From NCBI GenBank assembly GCA_044225505.1, contig JBGAIN010000006.1, positions 62,001 through 126,000 on the forward strand: a stretch of DNA of 64,000 bases, written 5' to 3'. How positions within the stretch are numbered: position 1 is the stretch's first letter; each line of letters starts with the position of its first letter. Positions 1-9,828 of the stretch are shown piece after piece. This stretch comes from Limisphaerales bacterium. Its GTDB lineage: Bacteria; Verrucomicrobiota; Verrucomicrobiia; Limisphaerales; SIBE01. The translations under genes were made by a program, and so were the position numbers. The notes under the pieces are model-generated. The model did no database searches. It worked only from the letters and a program-made list of their open reading frames with translations, and had not been told where the DNA came from.

Positions 1-1
1 T

Positions 2-196
2 CTTGCCATCGCGCAAGACGGGAACTTGATAGTATCGTTCCTTGGTAATCCGCCAAATGTAGGAGCGGTCCGCGCTGGACGTATTGATGATCTTAAAGCG
101 CTCTCCGCTATATTCCAAAATACGCCGTTGCGCGATGCAATATGGGCTCCAGGGAATTTGAATCAACTCGATCATATGCTGAGGACTACCCCTTGA
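2..196 (+). CDS. 3' end of an unknown protein running in from the left edge (partial)
   Basis: Frame 2 is open from the edge to TGA at 194-196 (LAIAQDGNLIVSFLG...HMLRTTP); no recognisable motif. Confidence 0.3.
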   Translation, partial: LAIAQDGNLIVSFLGNPPNVGAVRAGRIDDLKALSAIFQNTPLRDAIWAPGNLNQLDHMLRTTP

Positions 197-438
197 AAAA
201 GACCAGTCCAGGGCCATGGCCATGCCCTTGAGGGTTGACCGTAAACTTCCGGCAAATCTCTCTTACCCGGCACACACCTTTACTCTATTCAGCGCCACAT
301 TTCTGACAAGTGTGGATTGACAGTGATCTGCCTGTGCGCCGACGAACGATGTCCATCTCCCGAGGGCGCGCGTCCCTTAGACGGCCTCATCGACCGTATG
401 CTACCAACCCAGACACCCGCCGTCGTTGAGGCCGAAAT

Positions 439-3400
439 CTACGGCTGTCGGAGGCGGTAAAAGCGATACGTCACTCCAGTCTCGGGTAGAACAAAGGTCA
501 CGTCGCGACCGTCGACGGTCGGATTCACCGTTTTAACCTGTTCCCAGTTTCTCAAATCGAACGACGATTCCAGGTTATACGTTCCTGATGCCTCGCTATC
601 GAGTCGTAGAGTCAGCATCCCATTGTCGATGAACGCCGCTGCCCATTGAGGCGCAACGGCGCGGGGGCTTACCGCAATTTCTATCGCGACCAATCCGTAA
701 GCCGGCGGCGATCCATCATCGCTCGCGATCACTTCCAATCGGTGCAGGCCGACTTGATCGCTGCTCGGTGTCCACGTCAACACACCGCTCTCTGGGGCCA
801 GGTGCATGCCGGTCGGCGCCGCGCGGGCCAGGAGGTAACGGATCGTGTTCGCTGGGATATCCTCATCGTGGGCACTGAGCGCAATGACTAACCTTTCGCC
901 AACGGTTGCCGTCTGCCTTGGAACCGCGGCGAGCACGGGAGCAGAATTGATCTCCTGAACGATCACCGGGAGTTGGACACGCATCTGGTAGTCCGGAACT
1001 CGCAGGTCACGGATACGATAGACGACCATGTTCGTGCTGGGTCCTTGGGCCTCAGTGGGTATCCAATGGACAGTCGCGGTCACTGGGTCGACGGTAATGC
1101 CTTCGGGAGCACCTGGCTCAATAACGATTTCGAATTGGTCGGGTGGGGTGTTTGCTGGATAAACATAGGTTCGGAGCGGGCTTGACCTCAACTCCTGTAT
1201 GATATCCGGCCCAGCGACCGGGAACTGTGTTGGGAGCCTTAAAGGAAAGGCTACGGGCGGATTGGTTCCGACGATTCGCCCCACGCCTCCTCGAACGACG
1301 CCGCCCAAGAAAGAAAAACCTCCCGCCACCAATAGATTCCCATCCGGTTCCACCACCATGGCACGGATGCTTGGTTCCGGCCCGAGACCTTCCGCGCCGC
1401 TTTCTGGATCAAATGCGAGGTCGAGTTCTGCTCCGTGCAGGACCTTGGCCATTCCATGCCGGGTCGTTCGACGGTCCAGCCGGACTGCCGAGAACTCACC
1501 GGCGAGGACTATATCGTCATCGCCGGTTGGTACAATCGCGCACGGCTCCGCTTCGCCGCCTTCCACCCCGAACAGTGAGTCGGAGGTTTTTCGCTCGCCG
1601 TTAGGCGCAATGACCGTGACCGATCGCGTTAGCTGCTGATCCGTGTCCCGGAAAGTGCCCGCCAGGAGAATCTCACCATTGGGACGGACAGCGATCGCAT
1701 GGACTCGACTCGCAGCAATACCGCTGCTGGCCTTTTCGTCAAGATCCAGTTCTCCGGAGGGGCGGATTCGAGCGAACCCGGGACGCGTCTGCCCCGCAAA
1801 ATGGGTGAATTCGCCGCCCACCCACACGCCTCCCGCTGCATCTTTGGCCAAGGCGAAGACTGGTCCATCTGGGTTCTGAGATCGATCCCATGCCGGATGG
1901 ATCGAGCCGTCGGCGTTCAAACAAACGAGGAAGAGGCGTTCTCCCGTTTTGGCCGATCGGAAATCACCCCCAGCCCAGAGGACATCATGTGAGTAGGCTA
2001 GGATGCAGAACGCAACGCCGGTGAACTCTGAATCGAAATGAAACGTTGGATCCAACGATCTGGAAAAGTTTAAACGGACCAAGGGTTGACTGGAGCCATC
2101 TTGCAGGAATAGTTGTCCGCCGATCAGAATCCCGCCCTTTCCATCGTCCGCGAGAGTGAAGACTCGCCCTTTTAGAAATGGACTTAAATCAACCGTATCG
2201 TCCAAGTCGCCATTCGTCTGCAGCCTCGCGATTCCCAGGCGCGGGCGACCGTTATAGCTCGTGAAATCGCCGCCGATCCAGATCAGACCGTCCCCCTGCC
2301 GAAGCAACGCGCGGACGACCGCATTCGCACCCGCTCCGTAAAACGAGGTTAGTTCGGGCATCCCTGCGCGGCTGGATTCCGGATTGACCGTCAGTCTGAG
2401 CTGGGCATTTGTCGCTATCCCGTTCACCTCAGCGGTGAACAAATAATCGTTGGAATTGTTGAAATTAACGCCGGTAAAGCGAAATAACTGACTGGCATTG
2501 CCGAAAAGCGTTCCAGAATTGGTTCCTACGACGCTCCATTGGTATTTCACCGGCCATAAACTCTCGTGCCGAACTCCGAGAGTAACAGTGGCTCCATACC
2601 GGGCAGTCACATCCCGAGGCGGCTCGAGCACTTTCGGTGGTTCAGAGGGTGGAATACTTCCAAAGAGCCGAGCCACTCGCGCTCGATGCATTCCGCCGAC
2701 CGCGTTGAAGAACCCGCCCACTAGGATATTCCCATCGGGTTGGAGGCCCAAAACCCAGCCTGTTGCAGGATTACCCGTGTCGGAACCGAGAGCAAACTCC
2801 AGTGATCCGTTAAAGCTCTGATCCACCCGTCCGTCCAATTCCAGTCGCGCTATCGCCGCGACACGACGGCTTTCCAACCGGGTAAAGCTCCCAGTAATGA
2901 TAACCTTATTATCAGGCTGAACGAGAACCCCGCGGATAACGCCGTTATCGACAGAGGGCACAAAGGTACTGTCCACGGTGCCATCGCTATGAACACGGGC
3001 TAGGCCAGGCGTAAACTCTCCGCCAGCGAAGAGGAAGTCGCCGCCAACCATAAGATCGCCATTGTTCGCCAAGGCCAGCGCTAAAACAGTGTCATCGAGA
3101 CCTTCTCCTAACTCAAACGATGGATCCAACGTCCCGTCGGCGTTGAGTCGAGCTAACCTCGGCGACCGGACGCCGTCCACCGCGGAGAAGGAACCCCCCA
3201 CGACTAGTTTACCGTCTGGCTGCCAGATTAATGCGTGGACGCTGCCATCAGACCATGCATTAAAGCGAGGGTCCACTGTGCCGTCCTCGCGAAGGATCAA
3301 AATATTCTGTTGCGTTATGCCTTGCTGGGAACGGAAGTTTCCGCCGACAGCAATCCGTTGGTCAGGACCGACAGCCAGCGCATAAATCTGCGCGCCGTCG

Positions 3401-6400
3401 TTGAACACGGGACGAAACGATGTGTCGATCGCACCGTTCGTCTCCAATCGCACGAGATACGAGTCAATCCCGTCGGGACGAGTGGCCACGAATCCTCCCC
3501 CTAACAAAACCTTCCCGTCCGATTGTAGGGCGAGTGCATTGACATGACCTTCGGCCCGTCTCCAGTCTGGGCCGAACGGGTCTAGACTACCGTCCGAGTT
3601 CAGGCGAGCGACAAGCCATCGGGAAACGTCGCCCACGCGAATGAAGCTCCCCGCAATGACGATCTTCCCATCGGGCTGGAGCGCCATGCCAAACACTTTC
3701 CCGTTGATCGGCCCCTCGGGTGCGAACGACGGGTCCGGGCCGCCGATCTTGGGTGCAACACTGTTCACCGTGAATGTGGCGGTGGGTGATTTGGCAGCGC
3801 CAACAGAATTGCGCACCAGGAGTGTGATCGGCTGCGACGCGCCAATGGAAATATTGGGGATTCGCAGGATGGGGTTGGTGGCGTTTGGAACATTGATGCC
3901 ATTGGTTTGCCACTGATATTGGAGCGGCTCGAAACTGAAACTTGGTGCAGCCAACATGACATCTTGCCCCACGGCAGCACGCATGAAGAACTTTATCCCG
4001 GACGTTGAATTCGATGCGAAAAGACCGATGTCGACAATGCTGGAAATCGTCGGTCCTGACGGCGACGAGTCTCCTCCGTGATACCGGAGAACTCGGTACC
4101 GCGGTGAGCCATCGGGGTTAGCTGAGGAGTCAGCGGCCAGGAGATTTCCGTTAGGCAACGGCAGCATGGCGAGTATCTGTGGAATAGGTCCATTTAGGGA
4201 TTCCAACGTGGTTTTGAAGTTTGAATCCACTGAACCGTCGGTGTTCAAACGCACTAGTCTTTGCTGCGAGCGCCTGTTCACAAAGAAGAAAGCGCCTCCA
4301 ACGAGCACTCGCCCGTCCGGCTGTAAGACGGCGCACGACGTGGGGTCCGGGGAGTAAAAATCGCCTGTTGTCGTAAAAAACGTCGGATCCACATTCCCAT
4401 CCTCGGTTAAACGCACAATGCTGCCTGCACCCTGGTCATTGGCCCAATCCAAGAAACCGCCGAGCAGCACTTTGCCGTCAGGCAGGGCCAAGAGCCATTT
4501 CACGCATTGATTGCTGGTGTGCTGGTTACCCACTCCGAATCCGGGATTGAACTCCGTATCGACATGGCCGTTTGGCAACAGTCGGGCAACCTCGATCCGC
4601 GTTACGTCGTCCAGCACACCGAAGCACCCAGCGATGAGAATTCTTCCGTCCTTCTGCACCGCGATAGCGTTCACGGTTCCGTTGGGAGAAGAATTCACGA
4701 ACGACGGATCGACAGTGCCATCCGCTTCCAACCGAACTAAGCGAGCATACGGTAACCCAGCAAACGAAGTGAAGGTCCCACCGACCAGCACCTTTCCGTC
4801 CGGCTGAATCGCGATGGAATACACGTCGCGCGACGGTCCGAGTCCCAGCTGCGCAGTTTCGTCCAATGACCCGTCTGGGTTCAGTCGAACGAGGTTGGAG
4901 ATGGAGCGGCCGTTGAATTGGGCGAATCTGCCGCCGATCCAGATCTTTTGATCCGGCTGCACCGCCAGGGTCCTAACGATGCCATTCGATCCCACCGACC
5001 CCAGAAACTTTCCATCAACGGTGCCATCCGCGTTGAGGCGAACTAGACCTGTCCGTTCGATTCCATTGTAGCGCGAGAACGCTCCGCCAGCTAGCAGTTG
5101 GCCGTCATTTAAGGCGACGAGCGCTCGAATTTCTCCATTGGCTCCTTCACCCGACGCGAAGGTCGGGTCGACTCCGCCCGGGACTTTGGGCGCATTCAAT
5201 ACCGATACCAAAGCGATACTGGTGTCCGCGGTGCCGAGATCGTTCTGAACCCTAGCTGAATAAGCGCCGACGTCCGCCAAATGAAAGTTGCGCAATTCCA
5301 GAGTCGCGTTGGTTTGAAACGGCAACTCTTCGCCATTGTGATACCACTGGTAGCGCATCGATGTGACACTCGCGGCCGCGATGGAAAGCGCCACGTTGTC
5401 GCCCAAGCTCACGTTCTGCGATTTCAGATCCTCGATAATCCGTGGTGGGCTGGGGAGCGCATCCCCCCCAGCCAATCGAGCCACATAGGAATAGGGACTA
5501 GCACCAGGCGGAGCGGCTCGGCCGCTGACTAACACGGTGTCATCCGACAACAATCGCACTAGAGAGATCGAACAATAGCTTGGCAAGGCGGTCACAAAGC
5601 TGGTGTCCAAAGTCCCGTTTGAGAGCAACCTCACCAGGGCAAACCGCGCTTGACCGCTGATCTGGTTAAATAGTCCTCCCACGATAATACGTCCGGATTT
5701 CTCTTGGGCCACATAGCTGATGCTTTTCGGAGGAGCCGCGTTGGCGAAGCTGGCTTCAAAGGTCGAGTCAACGGTCCCAGTCGGATTTAGCCGGGCGAGA
5801 TTTGTCCGTGGGAGATCTCCTACATGATCAAACGTTCCAGCAATGATCAGGCGTCCGTCCGACACCGGGAGCAGCCAGTCGAGCGTTGGATATGAGATCG
5901 TCGCGGCGCCCGAACCGCTGCGAGTCACTTTGTCTGGCACAAAGGAGTCCAGCACGTCTCCGGCGGAGTTTAACAAAGCAATGCCGTATCGATCCAAGCC
6001 GTTCACTTTCACAAACCCGGTCCCGATATAGATTCTGCCGTCCCGCAATGGCGCAAAGTAGTTTGGATAGTTGCCGTCGACACTGACAGGCTTAAAGAAG
6101 GTATCGAACGAACCGTCCGGATTTAGGCTCGCCATCCCACTCTGATGGACAGTTCCAACGCGAGAGAATCGTCCCAAGATGAATATCCTGCCGTCCGGTA
6201 ATGCGAAAACACGATCCACAGGCCCGTCTAAATCCGGGTTAAAGTTCGGAATCACCGTTCCGTCAGATTGCATTCGCACGAGGCTTCTGAAGGGAAGTCC
6301 AGAGAATCTCGTGAAATTACCGGCCACGAGCATCGTGCCCCCGGGGGAGAGGGCAACGTCCGTCACATTGTAATCAGGACCGCTGCCGGGTTGAAACGAT

Positions 6401-6615
6401 GGATCCGCCGAGCCATCCGCGTTCAGCATCGTTGCCCATGCAGCCCCAGAAACAGACGTCCAAACCAGGAACTTGCCGTTGGTCATTTCCACCAACCCAC
6501 TTGGTGAGTTCGTCACTGGTTGGATGAACAGGGGTGTGCCAGGTGGCAACGGTTCAGCGTCTGTCGTGAGAATGGAGAAGAGGAAAAGAAACACGACCAG
6601 CCTTGAGCTCGTCAT
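439..6615 (-). CDS. Large secreted delta-60-repeat (beta-propeller) protein with Ig-like and cadherin/He_PIG-like domains and a C-terminal FYR domain
   Basis: Dozens of (L)QPDGKILVGG...RLNxDGSLDPSF repeats in about four blocks separated by Ig-like segments (YQW..NG..L....NATL). Signal-peptide-like N-terminus from ATG 6615 (the ORF is open to 6711). Ends YRFYRLRQP. Confidence 0.88.
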   Translation of the reverse strand: MTSSRLVVFLFLFSILTTDAEPLPPGTPLFIQPVTNSPSGLVEMTNGKFLVWTSVSGAAWATMLNADGSADPSFQPGSGPDYNVTDVALSPGGTMLVAGNFTRFSGLPFRSLVRMQSDGTVIPNFNPDLDGPVDRVFALPDGRIFILGRFSRVGTVHQSGMASLNPDGSFDTFFKPVSVDGNYPNYFAPLRDGRIYIGTGFVKVNGLDRYGIALLNSAGDVLDSFVPDKVTRSGSGAATISYPTLDWLLPVSDGRLIIAGTFDHVGDLPRTNLARLNPTGTVDSTFEASFANAAPPKSISYVAQEKSGRIIVGGLFNQISGQARFALVRLLSNGTLDTSFVTALPSYCSISLVRLLSDDTVLVSGRAAPPGASPYSYVARLAGGDALPSPPRIIEDLKSQNVSLGDNVALSIAAASVTSMRYQWYHNGEELPFQTNATLELRNFHLADVGAYSARVQNDLGTADTSIALVSVLNAPKVPGGVDPTFASGEGANGEIRALVALNDGQLLAGGAFSRYNGIERTGLVRLNADGTVDGKFLGSVGSNGIVRTLAVQPDQKIWIGGRFAQFNGRSISNLVRLNPDGSLDETAQLGLGPSRDVYSIAIQPDGKVLVGGTFTSFAGLPYARLVRLEADGTVDPSFVNSSPNGTVNAIAVQKDGRILIAGCFGVLDDVTRIEVARLLPNGHVDTEFNPGFGVGNQHTSNQCVKWLLALPDGKVLLGGFLDWANDQGAGSIVRLTEDGNVDPTFFTTTGDFYSPDPTSCAVLQPDGRVLVGGAFFFVNRRSQQRLVRLNTDGSVDSNFKTTLESLNGPIPQILAMLPLPNGNLLAADSSANPDGSPRYRVLRYHGGDSSPSGPTISSIVDIGLFASNSTSGIKFFMRAAVGQDVMLAAPSFSFEPLQYQWQTNGINVPNATNPILRIPNISIGASQPITLLVRNSVGAAKSPTATFTVNSVAPKIGGPDPSFAPEGPINGKVFGMALQPDGKIVIAGSFIRVGDVSRWLVARLNSDGSLDPFGPDWRRAEGHVNALALQSDGKVLLGGGFVATRPDGIDSYLVRLETNGAIDTSFRPVFNDGAQIYALAVGPDQRIAVGGNFRSQQGITQQNILILREDGTVDPRFNAWSDGSVHALIWQPDGKLVVGGSFSAVDGVRSPRLARLNADGTLDPSFELGEGLDDTVLALALANNGDLMVGGDFLFAGGEFTPGLARVHSDGTVDSTFVPSVDNGVIRGVLVQPDNKVIITGSFTRLESRRVAAIARLELDGRVDQSFNGSLEFALGSDTGNPATGWVLGLQPDGNILVGGFFNAVGGMHRARVARLFGSIPPSEPPKVLEPPRDVTARYGATVTLGVRHESLWPVKYQWSVVGTNSGTLFGNASQLFRFTGVNFNNSNDYLFTAEVNGIATNAQLRLTVNPESSRAGMPELTSFYGAGANAVVRALLRQGDGLIWIGGDFTSYNGRPRLGIARLQTNGDLDDTVDLSPFLKGRVFTLADDGKGGILIGGQLFLQDGSSQPLVRLNFSRSLDPTFHFDSEFTGVAFCILAYSHDVLWAGGDFRSAKTGERLFLVCLNADGSIHPAWDRSQNPDGPVFALAKDAAGGVWVGGEFTHFAGQTRPGFARIRPSGELDLDEKASSGIAASRVHAIAVRPNGEILLAGTFRDTDQQLTRSVTVIAPNGERKTSDSLFGVEGGEAEPCAIVPTGDDDIVLAGEFSAVRLDRRTTRHGMAKVLHGAELDLAFDPESGAEGLGPEPSIRAMVVEPDGNLLVAGGFSFLGGVVRGGVGRIVGTNPPVAFPLRLPTQFPVAGPDIIQELRSSPLRTYVYPANTPPDQFEIVIEPGAPEGITVDPVTATVHWIPTEAQGPSTNMVVYRIRDLRVPDYQMRVQLPVIVQEINSAPVLAAVPRQTATVGERLVIALSAHDEDIPANTIRYLLARAAPTGMHLAPESGVLTWTPSSDQVGLHRLEVIASDDGSPPAYGLVAIEIAVSPRAVAPQWAAAFIDNGMLTLRLDSEASGTYNLESSFDLRNWEQVKTVNPTVDGRDVTFVLPETGVTYRFYRLRQP

Positions 6616-6870
6616 GAACAGAGCGTGTTCTAATGGAAATACCATGTCAAGATGAGCTGGGATGCTGGATGAATACGACAAATCCTGAACTCGTTTGGAG
6701 CAGCCACCCACGTGTCGACAGCCCTTTTGTGTGGCAGGGCGGCCAGGTGATTGGGCGCCACTGTGACTGGAATTGACACCCGCTGAGGAGTGTTCGCAGC
6801 GCGAAGGTGACTTCGTGGCGCGAACGCTTCGGGTAGCTCAGCCACCATTAGGCGAGTGCGCCCACCGCAG

Positions 6871-6971
6871 AAAGCTGTGGAGAGCCACAGCACTCCAAGA
6901 TCTGGCGAAGCGCAGTAGCGCTTAGTCCTTGCGCGGCAGCGTCTTGGAGTGCGGCAGCCCTCTGCCGCTTT
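6871..6971. repeat. Inverted pair of GGAG-type REP-like hairpins
   Basis: 6871-6900 AAAGCTGTGGAGAGCCACAGCACTCCAAGA and 6942-6971 TCTTGGAGTGCGGCAGCCCTCTGCCGCTTT are inverted homologues, each with a 7-bp stem and 4-nt loop. Confidence 0.7.
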
Positions 6972-7503
6972 GGCCTGCGAACGCTTCCGGCGGACCTCTC
7001 AAGCCGCTTCGACGGAACTCCGGCTGCGTGCGACTCCCATTTCCGTCGGGCTCCTCAGGCGTTCGCCTTGAGTTCTGTGAGCCAACTCTCAGAAACCGGC
7101 ATTCGGCGATCCAAGGTCCTTATTTATAAATGGTTATGCCGGTGTCAACAAATTGATGACAGATCTGGGGGATTTGGGCGCAGCGCGTTTGGGAACGGCC
7201 CGGCCCCAATTCCTCGGTGGCAGGTGACAAAAAGTCTCCAACCAACGGTGACGAGCCGGAGTCGTTATCGATCGCGCCTTCATTTCTGTGGTTTAGCGCG
7301 CGTCATCCGTCGGCGGTGGATCCTATAAGTCGCGCAAATGATTTAGCAGCAGAGTTTTGGAATAAATTATGGGCTTTCCGTGGAGTGACGATTTTGGACT
7401 GCGAGGCTGTAGTATGGAGTCCCTCAGAATCGCCAGGCCGGCGTTCTTGCAAGCAATGGCGTCGGTCGGTCGAAATGCTCGTTTACGCCTCTTCCTTCGC
7501 TGC

Positions 7504-7546
7504 TGACCCACAGGTGACCCACTCCAAGTGGGTTACCTGTGGGTCA
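7504..7546. repeat. 19-bp-arm palindrome built from an 11-bp internal repeat
   Basis: TGACCCACAGGTGACCCAC-TCCAA-GTGGGTTACCTGTGGGTCA; one mismatch between arms. Confidence 0.7.
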
Positions 7547-7800
7547 CCTACGGCAGACGAGCGAAGGGAGGAGCTATGACGCCCGAGTGTTTGCCGGCGG
7601 TTCGAGCTGCCTTTGGCGAGTGAGGGGGCCCTTTCGCCGGGCTTAACTCACCTTCTCAGACTAGGTTGGAATGCCGGCAAAAAACGGGAGGGAAAGGGAG
7701 CGCGAACCGGGTTCGGAAATGACTCACGCCCTGCGTCTTTCCTCGGATCGTCCTCTGCTGCGCCAGCCAAGGATTACCGTCGCGCTTGTCGAACCCAAAA

Positions 7801-7827
7801 GAAACCGATAGGCTCGGGGAGCGTTTA
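7801..7827 (+). promoter_or_regulatory. Putative ECF-type autoregulatory promoter
   Basis: GAAACC-N15-CGTTTA ending 7 nt before the ATG of the ECF sigma gene; fits the generic ECF AAC/CGT pattern. Confidence 0.45.
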
Positions 7828-7834
7828 ATCGAAC

Positions 7835-8470
7835 ATGATTCCAGGTTCCGAAGCGCACTTGATTGCCCGCTGCCGGCAAGGCGACGCCGAGGCTTGGGAC
7901 GCTTTCTTCGACCAACATTACGCCCCGACGGGTCGCTTTTTATTCCAGGTCAGCTCCGAATTTACGGCTGAGGATATCGAGGAGCTCTGCCAGGAAGTCT
8001 TCCTTTCCGTGATTAAAAGCATCAGTGCGTTCGATGGACGAAGCCAGATCCAAACTTGGATCTGCCGCATTGCGCTGAATAAAGCGCGCGATTTTCGAGA
8101 GAAACGAAACGCTTCCAAGCGCGGCGGCGGACGGGTCCCGGTGTCGCTCGACCAGTCCCATCCGGAACACGGCCCCGCGCCTGACCCGGCCAGTTCCGCG
8201 CCCGGCCCGGATGGACAATTGATTCGCACGGAACAGTATGCCCTGCTCCAAGGGGCGCTCGACCAGATTGGTGAGCCGTGTCGGGAGATTATCCAGCTCC
8301 GATATTTCGCGGATCTTAGTTACCAGGAGATCGGTGAGGCGCTCCGTTTAAACGAGAAGACGGTGAGCTCCCGCTTGAGCAAATGCCTGGACCGTCTCGA
8401 AGCGCTGGTCCGGCCTGTCTTGCGCGGTTCGTCCGGTCCCAAAGAGAAGTCCGCGTCATTTCCCGTCTAA
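7835..8470 (+). CDS. ECF-family RNA polymerase sigma factor
   Basis: Region 2 (EELCQEVFL...FDGRSQIQTWICRIALN) and region 4 (LRYFADLSYQEIGEAL..NEKTVSSRLS). Confidence 0.92.
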   Translation: MIPGSEAHLIARCRQGDAEAWDAFFDQHYAPTGRFLFQVSSEFTAEDIEELCQEVFLSVIKSISAFDGRSQIQTWICRIALNKARDFREKRNASKRGGGRVPVSLDQSHPEHGPAPDPASSAPGPDGQLIRTEQYALLQGALDQIGEPCREIIQLRYFADLSYQEIGEALRLNEKTVSSRLSKCLDRLEALVRPVLRGSSGPKEKSASFPV

Positions 8471-8481
8471 TCGTTTTGGAT

Positions 8482-9828
8482 ATGTCGAACGAGCCTCATT
8501 CGAACGTGGACGATCTCCTGCGAGATTACGCCAAGGCTCGGCGCACCGAGGCGGGGCCTCCACCTGAACTCCACCCGGTCAACCGCCGGGTGCTTCACGC
8601 CCAGGTGACGCGAACGTTTGGCCGGTCTGAACCGGCCCGGCGGACCTCCTCATTTACAGGAGTTTACCTCTGGCGCCGCATCGTTCTGGGCGCAGTCATG
8701 GTGACGGCGATTGTGATGATCGCGGGCGTTTGGCTTCGCTTCCAGACGGACCGAGACACTCGTTTGACCATGAACCGTGACCGGAATCTCGAGATGATTG
8801 GCGAAAACGACCAAATCTCCGTCGTACCGCGAACGGGCGTGGAGAGCAGTACGATTGGCGACCGCGTCCGTGGGTTTGAATCCAGCGCCGGCCGGGATGA
8901 ATCTCCTGCGGCAGGTGGTTTCCAAGGGGCCCCAGAAAAGGCCCGCCACGAGGCCAGTCCTCCCGCGACCGAACAGAAACTGACTAAGGACCGAGTCAAC
9001 TTGGCCCTGTCCACTCCGGCTGCGCCTTCACGAATGGAACAGGAGCTTTTCAGCAACGCGCCGCGACTGCAAATCGCCTTGCCGTCGAAAACCGCTCCGG
9101 CGCCGCGTCCCAGGGCTTTAGCGGATGAAAACCCGCCAGCCGCAGCAACTCCGATGCTGGCAACCGCGGAGACGCGCCCAGTGGCTGCGAAAGCGGCGGC
9201 AACGTTAGCTGCGGCTCGGTCGGAGGAGTCTCTGCCCGCGCCAGCGTCAACCCAAGTTGCTCGGGCAAAGGTCGAAGTTTTGTCGGCGGCGGCCCAGCCT
9301 GCGAGCGTCAATCCAGTGGTTGCAAATCAGTCACCGACCCTGGCCAATGCGCTGCGGTTTCAACAGCTCAAACCCCGCAACGCCTACCGCCGTAATCTCA
9401 ATTCACCCCCTCCTCCTGAGGTTCTCACCGCGTTCGAATTGCAACGCGCTGGACAAGACATTCGCGTGCTGGATGCGGATGGTTCTGTCTACCATGGAAA
9501 TGTCCAATCTCAGAGCGCCGCGACGGCCGATCAACCGTTTGCGTTTCGAGCGGAAGGCACCAATCAAACGTTGAACCAACGCGTCGTGTTCACGGGCGAA
9601 TTCAACCCGGCGGGGAATTCGTTCGGGAATGGCAGCCAGAATCAATTACCCGTCTCCGCGGGCCAAGTGAACCAAATTCGCGCCGCGGGGCAGGCGGTGT
9701 CGGCGTCAAATCAGTCTCAGGCCGGGCCGGCGAGCAACAATCAAATGCTCCAGGGTCGCATCCAAGGCCGCGCCGCGATTGGGCAGAGCAGCGAACTTAA
9801 GATTGAAGCGCAGCAGGTTGATCACTGA
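8482..9828 (+). CDS. Putative membrane-anchored anti-sigma factor with Ala/Pro-rich linker and C-terminal beta-rich domain
   Basis: Starts 11 nt after the sigma stop (MSNEPH); single TM helix IVLGAVMVTAIVMIAGVWL; long low-complexity extracytoplasmic part. Confidence 0.6.
   Translation: MSNEPHSNVDDLLRDYAKARRTEAGPPPELHPVNRRVLHAQVTRTFGRSEPARRTSSFTGVYLWRRIVLGAVMVTAIVMIAGVWLRFQTDRDTRLTMNRDRNLEMIGENDQISVVPRTGVESSTIGDRVRGFESSAGRDESPAAGGFQGAPEKARHEASPPATEQKLTKDRVNLALSTPAAPSRMEQELFSNAPRLQIALPSKTAPAPRPRALADENPPAAATPMLATAETRPVAAKAAATLAAARSEESLPAPASTQVARAKVEVLSAAAQPASVNPVVANQSPTLANALRFQQLKPRNAYRRNLNSPPPPEVLTAFELQRAGQDIRVLDADGSVYHGNVQSQSAATADQPFAFRAEGTNQTLNQRVVFTGEFNPAGNSFGNGSQNQLPVSAGQVNQIRAAGQAVSASNQSQAGPASNNQMLQGRIQGRAAIGQSSELKIEAQQVDH

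Noticed and set aside
6929..7828. Short ORFs in the large spacer between the delta-60 gene and the ECF sigma
   Set aside because: No recognisable motifs; they run through REP and palindromic DNA.
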